Both the position numbers and the translations under genes were made by a program. A stretch of 63,177 bases of DNA, filler included, from Candidatus Nezhaarchaeota archaeon WYZ-LMO8 (GTDB lineage Archaea; Thermoproteota; Methanomethylicia; Nezhaarchaeales; WYZ-LMO8): the NCBI GenBank assembly GCA_004347965.1. It is 4 parts of 4 records of this genome, joined end to end, with 100 filler letters (N's around TTAATTAATTAA, not from the genome) between each part and the next. Parts side by side here need not be neighbours in the genome. Positions count along the whole stretch, not along the records: positions 39,265 to 57,385 come from QNVF01000025.1; 3 more parts are not named here. One strand, given 5' to 3'. Shown here one piece after another: positions 45,364-53,590 of the stretch. The notes below the pieces were generated by a model that was not told the DNA's origin, did not search any database, and saw nothing but the letters and a program-made list of their open reading frames with translations. Positions within the stretch are counted from its first letter, which is position 1; each line of letters begins with the position of its first letter.

Positions 45364-47031
45364 ATGGCGGCTCGAGAAAAGATGTTTATGGAGGCGCTAC
45401 GCAGAAAGTTCAAGGAAGCTCCTGAAGAGAAGTATACGAAATTCTACGTATACGGCCAATGGAAGCAGTCGAAGAGAAAGACAGAGTTCGTTGAATGGTC
45501 TCAGAAGATAGCTAAGGAAAGAGGCATACCAATGTACAACCCATCTCTGCACTTAGCTGGTGGTGTTGGGCAGAGAGTGTTAATGCCATATCAAGTCTCG
45601 GGAACTGACATATTTGTTGAGCCTGACGATCTTCATTTCGTTAACAATGCTGCCATGCAACAGATGTGGCATGACATAAGGAGGACGGTCATAGTTGGTC
45701 TTGATGCTGCACACACAATATTAACTAGAAGATTAGGCAAAGAAGTTACACCTGAAACTATAAACCACTACTTAGAAGTTCTAAACCACGCTTTACCAGG
45801 AGCAGCTGTAGTCCAAGAGCACATGGTTGAAACGCATCCAGCTATAGTCGCCGACAGCTACGTTAAAGTCTTCACCGGTGATGACGAGCTTGCAGATGAA
45901 ATAGACGATAAGTTCCTAATAGACATAAACAAGGAGTTCCCGCCAGAGCAAGCAGCTCAACTGAAAGCAGCTATAGGAAAGAGGATCTACCAAGTCCTAA
46001 GAATGCCGACGATAATAGCGATGACATGTGATGGAGGAACCATGTCTCGATGGGCTGCCATGCAGATCTCGATGTCCATGATCAACGCCTACAGGTTAAT
46101 GGCAGGTGAAGCAGCTGTCGGAGAATTCGCCTTTGCAGCAAAGCATGCTGAGCTAATAGAGATGGGCACGTTAATGCCATGGAGAAGGATTAGAAGCCCC
46201 AACGAGCCTGGAGGAATACCACTAGGATACCTAGCAGATATGTGCCAGGCAGAGAGAATCAAGCCTGAGGACCCAGCCTGGTGCGCTCTAGAGACCATAG
46301 CTATGGCGGCGGTCCTCTATGATCAGTTCTGGTTTGGAAGCTACATGAGCGGTGGAGTAGGCTTCACTCAATATGCAACAGCAACCTACACCGACAACAT
46401 ACTCGACGATTACTGCTACTATGGTATGGACCTAGTGCTCAAGAAGTATGGAGGCTTCGCTAAAGTTAAGCCGAGCTGGGATGTAATAAGGGAGCTCGCA
46501 ACGGAGCTCACCATGTACGGCTTAGAATGTTACGAGAAGTTCCCAGCATTAATGGAAACACACTTTGGAGGTAGTCAGAGAGCTGCTGTAGTAGCTGCAG
46601 GAGCTGGTGTAACTGTTTCTATAGCTACTGGCGTAGCTCAAGCTGGGCTTAACGCTTGGTACTTAAGCCAGCTACTACATAGAGAATCCGCTGGAAGACT
46701 CGGATTCTATGGGTACGACTGCCAGGATCAATGTGGCTCTGCTAACAGCTTCTCTTGGAGAAGCGATGAAGGCCTACCGTTTGAACTTAGAGGTGTGAAC
46801 TACCCGAATTACGCAATGAATGTCGGTCACCAATCAGCCTACGCCGGTATAATAAAGGCAGCCCACGTAGCTAGAGGAGATGCTTGGTGTGTTAGCCCAC
46901 TCATTAAGGTGGCCTTCGCCGATAAGCATCTAAAGTTCGACTTCACTAGACCGAGACTCTGCTTTGCAAAGGGAGCTCTTAGAGAGTTCATGCCAGCAGG
47001 TCTCTTAGACCCGATAATACCACCACACTAA
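45364..47031 (+). CDS. mcrA: Methyl-coenzyme M reductase alpha subunit
   Basis: [64 protein letters not shown] 45364 after GGGGTG RBS. Confidence 0.99.
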   Translation: MAAREKMFMEALRRKFKEAPEEKYTKFYVYGQWKQSKRKTEFVEWSQKIAKERGIPMYNPSLHLAGGVGQRVLMPYQVSGTDIFVEPDDLHFVNNAAMQQMWHDIRRTVIVGLDAAHTILTRRLGKEVTPETINHYLEVLNHALPGAAVVQEHMVETHPAIVADSYVKVFTGDDELADEIDDKFLIDINKEFPPEQAAQLKAAIGKRIYQVLRMPTIIAMTCDGGTMSRWAAMQISMSMINAYRLMAGEAAVGEFAFAAKHAELIEMGTLMPWRRIRSPNEPGGIPLGYLADMCQAERIKPEDPAWCALETIAMAAVLYDQFWFGSYMSGGVGFTQYATATYTDNILDDYCYYGMDLVLKKYGGFAKVKPSWDVIRELATELTMYGLECYEKFPALMETHFGGSQRAAVVAAGAGVTVSIATGVAQAGLNAWYLSQLLHRESAGRLGFYGYDCQDQCGSANSFSWRSDEGLPFELRGVNYPNYAMNVGHQSAYAGIIKAAHVARGDAWCVSPLIKVAFADKHLKFDFTRPRLCFAKGALREFMPAGLLDPIIPPH

Positions 47032-47045
47032 ATTTCCTCTTTTTT
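47032..47045 (+). terminator. T-rich archaeal terminator after mcrA
   Basis: ATTTCCTCTTTTTT directly after the stop, at the junction with the convergent gene. Confidence 0.45.
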
Positions 47046-48738
47046 ACACTTTCAATACGTTCTTCTTGTAGAACCTTAATGAAGCCTTTATTGGACCCTT
47101 ATACAGGATCGCACCATTATCTATGACTATCCCTTTATGGCAAGACTCCTCGACAAATCTTAGTTGATGATCAACAAGCAGAACAGAAACGTTTAAACTT
47201 GATACGACGTTCTTAACGGCGTTCGCTGCGCTCCTCGATGTTATTGGATCTAAGTCGCCGAAGGGCTCATCAAGTAGTAGAATGCTTGGCTTAGATACTA
47301 ATGCTAATGCCAGAGCGACTCTAACCTGTTCTCCTCCTGATAGCTCATAACTTCTTCGATATAGAACATCCTCTGGCAGTCTAAGTGCTTTAAGTAAATC
47401 TTTAACCTGGCTTTTAACGAACTCTGCAGGTAATACTGGAAAGAGCTCTTTAATTATGTCCATGGTGAAGCCAAGTTCTTCAAGCTTTGCTCTAGTCTCT
47501 TCTTCTGGTAGCTCAGCTATCCTGTGGAGAGCATCAAGCACCTTGACATCTATTCCAAGCTCCTTGGCTCTCTCTATGGCTCTCTGGATAACATCCCAGC
47601 TCTTCAATCCAAGCCTTGCAGCAAACAAATCAATTACCTTAGCCCAATAAGGTAGAGCAAACTCTTGATGCAGAATCCCTATCTCCTGCCTAACTCTCAT
47701 GCTCTCCTCGCCTAACTTCGTTATGTCTGTCCATCTACGACCACTTTTTACTAGAATTTCGCCACTGTCCGGTAATTCAAGCCCAGCCATTAGTCTCAAT
47801 ATTACGGTCTTCCCAGAACCTGACGGTCCTAGTAGGGCTGTAACTTCTCCCCTCCTCGATTCAAGATTAGCCTCTTTTAAAGTAAAGACCTCTCCAAGCG
47901 GTACTATCTTGTACTTCTTAGTCACATTCCTAGCCCTCAAAACTGGCATCACATGTTTAGGCTTAAGAGGTCTCGGAAGCGGTCTCTCAAGTTTTGATAG
48001 GAACTTTGTAAGCACATAATTAGGCTTGCCTTCTTTCACGACAACACCTTTGTCGAGCCATACAACTCTATCACAAAGCTTTCTATGCATTTCGGGCATG
48101 TGTGAGGCCATGATTATCGTAATACCGAGGTCGTTAATCCTCCTTAAAGCCCTCACAACTTCCTGCCTAGTTCTTGGGCAAGTCATTGTTACAGGTTCAT
48201 CTAATAGAAGTACTTCAGGTTTCTTAGCTATCTGTCTTGCAAGGATAAGTCTCTGCTTCTCACCACCACTAAGTGCTATAGCCCAAAGACTAGCTCTTTC
48301 CCTTAATCCTACCAACTCGAGAATTTGAAGCGCTTCTTCAGCTAATTTCTCGTATTCCCCAGAGCCTGGGGGAGGTAAGGTTTCAATTCCGGTGTACGTC
48401 CATCGCAAGGCTCTAATGACGTTCTCTAACACGGTTTCGGACCAAAGCCCAAAAGACCTCTGAAGATGTATGGCAGTTTTACGCATGAGCTTGCTATATT
48501 CATCAGGAGGTGAGTCAGGCGTCACCTTCACGTCGCCAACTCTAACAAACCCATGATCGAATCTCTCTGCGCCTCTTAGAATCCTTATTAGCGTGGTTTT
48601 TCCCGATCCACTTTCACCCAAGAGTCCTAGGAACTCTCCCTTTTCTACGGTAACATTTACGCCATTCAGAGCCTTTATATCAATTCCATAGCTTGTCCTG
48701 TAAATCTTTGTCAAATCCCTGATCTCCACGAAGATCAT
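47044..48738 (-). CDS. Component A2 paralog (dual ABC ATPase, no Zn-binding insert)
   Basis: Two NBDs (GESGSGKT, GPSGSGKT), A2-type HLQRSFGL and G.LHQEFAL motifs, no TM domains. Confidence 0.88.
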   Translation of the reverse strand: MIFVEIRDLTKIYRTSYGIDIKALNGVNVTVEKGEFLGLLGESGSGKTTLIRILRGAERFDHGFVRVGDVKVTPDSPPDEYSKLMRKTAIHLQRSFGLWSETVLENVIRALRWTYTGIETLPPPGSGEYEKLAEEALQILELVGLRERASLWAIALSGGEKQRLILARQIAKKPEVLLLDEPVTMTCPRTRQEVVRALRRINDLGITIIMASHMPEMHRKLCDRVVWLDKGVVVKEGKPNYVLTKFLSKLERPLPRPLKPKHVMPVLRARNVTKKYKIVPLGEVFTLKEANLESRRGEVTALLGPSGSGKTVILRLMAGLELPDSGEILVKSGRRWTDITKLGEESMRVRQEIGILHQEFALPYWAKVIDLFAARLGLKSWDVIQRAIERAKELGIDVKVLDALHRIAELPEEETRAKLEELGFTMDIIKELFPVLPAEFVKSQVKDLLKALRLPEDVLYRRSYELSGGEQVRVALALALVSKPSILLLDEPFGDLDPITSRSAANAVKNVVSSLNVSVLLVDHQLRFVEESCHKGIVIDNGAILYKGPIKASLRFYKKNVLKV

Positions 48739-48835
48739 AGAATAGCCCTAGAGTAGGGTCTCTCTTACCGATTAAAACTTTAATTATGCACTAACAACTA
48801 TACGTCAGTGGAGAAGTAGGCAAGGAGGATTGTAG

Positions 48836-49177
48836 TTGCTAGAAAAGCAGATAGAGATTTTTCCATACAGAGTGTTAAGCGAGAGAACGACTAAGAAACT
48901 TTTAAGAAGGATATCGAAGATTAAAGGAGTTCTGGATGCAATACCTCACGTCCTAAGATACGAGGATGGAGAGACTGTCACGAAGAGGATAATTATCGCC
49001 TTAAACGGTACATCTCCCGTAGAAGAGGTCTTTAAGAAGATAGACAATATATGTAAGGAGCTATTACCATTCGGCTACATGATTAGAAGCGGAGTCTTCA
49101 TAAAGCCAAGGCCTACCGTCTCAGATTACCTTAGAAGAACTCAAGCTTCAAGTGAGGAGCTGGAAGAGAAGTATTAA
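48836..49177 (+). CDS. mcrD: Methyl-coenzyme M reductase protein D
   Basis: IEIFP.R.L...TT.KLL, C.ELLPFGY....G.F....PTVSDY. Confidence 0.9.
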   Translation: MLEKQIEIFPYRVLSERTTKKLLRRISKIKGVLDAIPHVLRYEDGETVTKRIIIALNGTSPVEEVFKKIDNICKELLPFGYMIRSGVFIKPRPTVSDYLRRTQASSEELEEKY

Positions 49178-49434
49178 CGCTGTGTTGATTTATCCTCTAG
49201 TTCTCGAATCCTCTCCTCTAACTTCTTAATCATGAACTCTCGAGCCCTCATGAGGTCCTCTATCTTACCTCTAAGCACTAAAGTTTTAGGTCTTCCGTAG
49301 ACGTCATCCAGTGGTGGAATATTGACTTCTAACTCAACTACTCTTAAATTGAAGGTTTGCGCGGTCTCAGCTATTATCGAGTAAGGAACACCAGCAGGTA
49401 TTTTCATGTAAGCTTCTCTCTCCTCTCCTCTCAT
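49174..49434 (-). CDS. Small conserved hypothetical protein
   Basis: 86 aa, IP.GVP..II......F.L ... LRG..E.L..A pattern; convergent on mcrD. Confidence 0.7.
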   Translation of the reverse strand: MRGEEREAYMKIPAGVPYSIIAETAQTFNLRVVELEVNIPPLDDVYGRPKTLVLRGKIEDLMRAREFMIKKLEERIRELEDKSTQR

Positions 49435-49945
49435 AATAAGTTCTCCTTCCCTAATCTAAATGAACCATTTTACACTTTAACTTTCTGTTCAAGCCTTAAG
49501 GTTTCAAATGTCCTCACACTTGTAACACATGGATGCTTACAATGTTAAGCAGCCTGTTTAGAGATGATGTTAGAGCTAGTCTCAATGCTACACGTACTCT
49601 CATGATTTCATGGTAATAGCAAGTACTTTAGAAGGAGTACCTCAGCGTTGATTTAATGAAGATTAACTTTAAGACCAACATAACATCGTTATCGCAAATT
49701 AATATGCACGCTACAGACTTGTACTGAACACTTCATGTGCTAGAATTTAATGGGTGAAGGGTGTCTAAAATCTACGCGTAAGAAGCCCATCACACTAAGT
49801 GAGACAGCGACTCGAGTTCCGAAGATAACATTTGTGAACGTAAGTCCTGTAGATGCTGTAGTTCTTAGTAGAGCTGAGGAGATCATAATTAACGCTGAAA
49901 GACCTTTTTATATCCTTAAACACTGAAAAAGTCCAAGTGAGATAG

Positions 49946-50245
49946 ATGTCGAACTACGCGGTTAATAGGAGGGGTGTAAAGATAGCAATAGGATTACGAG
50001 TGAGATACATTGGTACAGGAACCATTGGAGTTGTAAAGGCAATAAACCTATCCGATGAGAGGTATTGGGCCCTTTTAGATTCTACAAACCTATATTATGA
50101 CATTGACTACTTAGAGCCATTGTCAGAAGCAAGCGAGAAGGAGGGGGCAAGCTTGAAAGCTAAGGTGGAGGAGATGGACTCTGTTAAAAAAGAGGATAAG
50201 GTTATTGAGAGAGCTACTGAGGTAACTCCTTCGGGTGCTGGCTAA
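49946..50245 (+). CDS. DUF2098 family protein (SH3-like)
   Basis: G..I.IG..VRY.GTGT.G.V, WA.LD.T.LYY, C-terminal GAG. Confidence 0.85.
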   Translation: MSNYAVNRRGVKIAIGLRVRYIGTGTIGVVKAINLSDERYWALLDSTNLYYDIDYLEPLSEASEKEGASLKAKVEEMDSVKKEDKVIERATEVTPSGAG

Positions 50246-50267
50246 GATACTGCTGAAGTGATATGGG

Positions 50268-50858
50268 TTGAATGGTACTAAAAGCTTTAGACGTATAGTC
50301 TCCATAGTAAGCGAGATAAAGAGGTTAACAGCAGAGCTACCTAGTACTGAAGCTTTAGAGAAAGTGAGGAGAGCGTATAGCGGCTTTCCTAAAGTTGCAG
50401 AACTAGTAGCTGAAGCTTTCATTCATGATAGGCTCGTAGGGATCTACGATAGACTACTTCTTGAGTTATTAATAGTTGAAAGGTACGATCCCCCGGTTAG
50501 ACCTGCCTTAGATCCGGAATTCGCTTTAGCCTTAAGGTTGTACTCGTTCGACGACATTGAGGTTGGTAGATTCCTCGGGTATCCTAGTTGCTGCATAGAA
50601 AGCTTTGTTAGTGATTATAGACTCTTCTTTGACGAGGAGCATTTAAAAGAGCTCCATGAAATAAAGAAAGCGGGGTTGAAGGTCGTCTTGACAGCAGGCT
50701 TCATACCATGCAGCCTATACTGCGAGAAAGCCATGGTATCTGGCCTTCTAGAACATTTAGATAATCCGTCACAAATAATGCTACTGAATGATGAACTTAA
50801 AAAGATGCTTCCTCACTCTCATTCAGCTTACCAAAGCTTCTATGAATTCTTAAGTTAA
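50268..50858 (+). CDS. DUF483 family protein
   Basis: P.VRPALDP, G.FLGYP.CCI.SF, GFIPCS..C. Confidence 0.8.
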   Translation: MNGTKSFRRIVSIVSEIKRLTAELPSTEALEKVRRAYSGFPKVAELVAEAFIHDRLVGIYDRLLLELLIVERYDPPVRPALDPEFALALRLYSFDDIEVGRFLGYPSCCIESFVSDYRLFFDEEHLKELHEIKKAGLKVVLTAGFIPCSLYCEKAMVSGLLEHLDNPSQIMLLNDELKKMLPHSHSAYQSFYEFLS

Positions 50859-50877
50859 GGTGAGTACCAGGTGATGA

Positions 50878-51333
50878 ATGTTGCCTAAGAAGGTCATGAT
50901 ATTTCCACCAAATAGCTTAATACTTTACGACTTGGTTCTAAGGTTTGGCCACAAACCTCTAGCAATAATGTCAAAGATAGGTGAGAAAGTAAGAAATCCT
51001 GAGATCGATTCTCCACCAATAAATATAACGTATGAAGAGCCTAGGCATGGAGTAAAGTACTGTGCCGTTGAAGTCCCCTCAGGTGTTAGAGGTAGGATGG
51101 CTCTACTAGGACCGTTAATTGAAGAAGCTGAAGCTGCAATAATAGTTGACGACCCTGACATATCCTTTGGATGTTCTGGCTGTGCTAGGACAAACGAACT
51201 TGTAATACAGATGCTCTATGAAAAGAACATCCCAATACTAAGGTTGAGGTATCCTAGAAACAATGATGAGGCGCGAGAATTCGTTCGTTCAATAGTAAAA
51301 TTCTTGAAGTCCCTTAATGGTGATAAAGGATGA
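50878..51333 (+). CDS. mmp5: Methanogenesis marker protein 5
   Basis: PPNSLIL.DLV.RFGH.PL, DSPP.NIT, EVPSGVRGRM, FGC.GCARTNE. Confidence 0.93.
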   Translation: MLPKKVMIFPPNSLILYDLVLRFGHKPLAIMSKIGEKVRNPEIDSPPINITYEEPRHGVKYCAVEVPSGVRGRMALLGPLIEEAEAAIIVDDPDISFGCSGCARTNELVIQMLYEKNIPILRLRYPRNNDEAREFVRSIVKFLKSLNGDKG

Positions 51334-52562
51334 CTGTAAGGATAGCACAAATATCGTGTGGGACCGAGTATAGTGGTATTCAAGGAGAAGTCTACAGAGC
51401 TGCTGAAATCACTGGGATGCATATTGTGTTCCCTGAAATTGATACTGACGACATTAAGAGAGCAATGGATGTCATAGGTCTATATCCTGCAAGCACTGGA
51501 TTGAGGGTTATGCTTGCAAGAGCATTGGCGGTAGCCGAAGGTAGGGTTGAAGTTGATGGAGTGATAGTCATGACGTGCTTTAGGTGCGCGGAAGGTGCTT
51601 TAGTTCGACATACAATAAGACGCTTTCTCCACAAAACAACTAAAATTCCAGTGATATCGTACTCGTTTACTGAGAGAACCAAGGCTGAAAACCTCTTATT
51701 GAGATTTGAAGCTCTTGTAAACATGATTGAGCGGCGTACTCTTCTTGCTAGAAAGAAGCATGAGGGGCTAACTATTGGAATAGACTCTGGATCAACAATG
51801 ACAAAGGGAGTGGTCATGAAGAATGGGGAGATCTTAGCTGCTTACTGGTTGCCGACAATAGATGTAGTTACTTCAGGGCTAAGAGTCTACGAAGAGCTAT
51901 TTAAAAAAACTGGCATGTCAAAGAGCCAGGTAGAAGCCATAGGAGTAACAGGCTATGGTCGCTTCATATTAGGTAAAGAGCTCAAAGCAAACTTAGTCCA
52001 GGAAGAAATAACTGTCTGTTCAAAAGGGGCTGCGTACCTGGGTAACGCTCAAGAGAGCTACTCAACGATAATAGATATAGGTGGTGCGGACAATAAGGCA
52101 ATAGCTTTGTATGAAGGTGTTCCATACAGCTTTACTGTTGGAGGAATATGTGCTGGAGCCTCGGGTCGTTTTCTGGAGATAACTGCTACGAGACTTGGTG
52201 TAGATTTGATGACGTTTGGAGAGCTTGCATTGAAGGGGGATCATCGTAAGATAGTTATGAATGCCTACTGCATAGTCTTTGGAATGCATGATTTAGTGAC
52301 AGCTCTCGCGAGGGGGGCGAGACGGGAGGATGTCGCTGCAGCTGCTTGCTACAGTGTTGCAGAGCAATTCTTCGAGCAACAATTCCAAGAGGTCGAGGTT
52401 AAAGAACCAGTGCTACAGATAGGGGGGACATCACTTATTAAAGGGCTTGTGAAAGCCTTCGAAGATACGCTTAAAATGAAGATCATAGTACCCCCATACT
52501 CTCAATTTGCTGGTGCAGTGGGAGCAGCAATACTGTCATCAGCACTTGCTAAGAGCAGCTAA
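51330..52562 (+). CDS. mmp15: Methanogenesis marker protein 15 (BadF/acyl-CoA dehydratase activase-like ATPase)
   Basis: IAQ.SCG.EYSG.Q, TCFRCAE, GIDSGST.TK, TGYGR, GG.CAGASGRF, YCIVFG. Confidence 0.93.
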   Translation: MTVRIAQISCGTEYSGIQGEVYRAAEITGMHIVFPEIDTDDIKRAMDVIGLYPASTGLRVMLARALAVAEGRVEVDGVIVMTCFRCAEGALVRHTIRRFLHKTTKIPVISYSFTERTKAENLLLRFEALVNMIERRTLLARKKHEGLTIGIDSGSTMTKGVVMKNGEILAAYWLPTIDVVTSGLRVYEELFKKTGMSKSQVEAIGVTGYGRFILGKELKANLVQEEITVCSKGAAYLGNAQESYSTIIDIGGADNKAIALYEGVPYSFTVGGICAGASGRFLEITATRLGVDLMTFGELALKGDHRKIVMNAYCIVFGMHDLVTALARGARREDVAAAACYSVAEQFFEQQFQEVEVKEPVLQIGGTSLIKGLVKAFEDTLKMKIIVPPYSQFAGAVGAAILSSALAKSS

Positions 52563-53455
52563 CTTAATGCCGACTCCGGCAGCAACTTGACCAGTATGTG
52601 ATCGTTTAAGACCGACCTCTTAATGGAGGCTATCTCCTTCACTCTATATTCTTCAATAATTACATTACTCACAGGCTTGGAGTATTCGTCATAGTTGAGC
52701 AGTACTCTAACTCCATCAACCTTGAGGACCGTGGAGCCCTTAGCTTCCTCAATTTGTCTCTCTACTTCCTGCTTTAAAAGTACTGGAGGTACAAGAGGAG
52801 GGTCCTCAAGAAGCTCCCCCCTCTTCTTCTCGAGCAGCTTACTAAGAGCATTCACTATCTTCTCAAGAATCTTCTCCTCTTCGCTCGACTTCAAACGATG
52901 CGCTACTCTTCCAAGCCCTCCTACGTACACTATCCATTCTGGGAGCTCGACATGTTGAGGACCGCCAACTATCACTATCGGTATGTGAAGTCCCCTAAGC
53001 ATCACAGCCTTCTTCTTTATGCACTCATCAACGTTACCCATTATGAAAACTGCAGCATCAACCTCGTTTAGGAAATCTCTTTCATAGCTTGTAATCATAG
53101 CCCTTTTCTGCCCAACTCCTCTTGAAAGTCCAACCATAAACGTCTTTGCTCCATGTCTCCTTAAGTACTCGTTAATATCGCATGCTGGATGGGGTAAGTG
53201 TCTAAAGGACATACTTGGGGGGACAACCGCTACTTCTGAACCTACAAGCTTGGCTTCACGAACCTTAGCTTTAACCTCTTCAACCAACTTCATGAAGCTC
53301 TCGAGATCAGTTCTCGGGATGGCGATAAACATTACCAAGTCGAGCCCCATTGAGAACTCTTCTATTACTACGCCACCTAGATCCTCTATGAAGTCGATGA
53401 CCTCATTCTTTCTGTAGAGACCCCCCTCGAATATATAGTATCCATAATCGTACAT
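52559..53455 (-). CDS. mmp7: Methanogenesis marker protein 7
   Basis: F.GG.Y.......IEDLGG, HLPHPACDI.EYLRR.GA, GL.RG.G, DPP; ATG 53455 after GGGTG. Confidence 0.92.
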   Translation of the reverse strand: MYDYGYYIFEGGLYRKNEVIDFIEDLGGVVIEEFSMGLDLVMFIAIPRTDLESFMKLVEEVKAKVREAKLVGSEVAVVPPSMSFRHLPHPACDINEYLRRHGAKTFMVGLSRGVGQKRAMITSYERDFLNEVDAAVFIMGNVDECIKKKAVMLRGLHIPIVIVGGPQHVELPEWIVYVGGLGRVAHRLKSSEEEKILEKIVNALSKLLEKKRGELLEDPPLVPPVLLKQEVERQIEEAKGSTVLKVDGVRVLLNYDEYSKPVSNVIIEEYRVKEIASIKRSVLNDHILVKLLPESALS

Positions 53456-53590
53456 TCGATGCACCCAATACTTCTGGTCTTCACTTAAAGGGCTACTTGA
53501 GAAAGGCTATATTAGTTTTGCATGATTACTTATAACCCTAATTCACCAAGTATTTGTGACCTCGCCATAGAATATCCAGACGTGGTAACA

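Noticed and set aside
45364..47031. Alkyl-CoM reductase for multi-carbon alkanes
   Set aside because: Pocket residues (GFTQY, GFYG, beta-Tyr) are canonical and there are no large insertions
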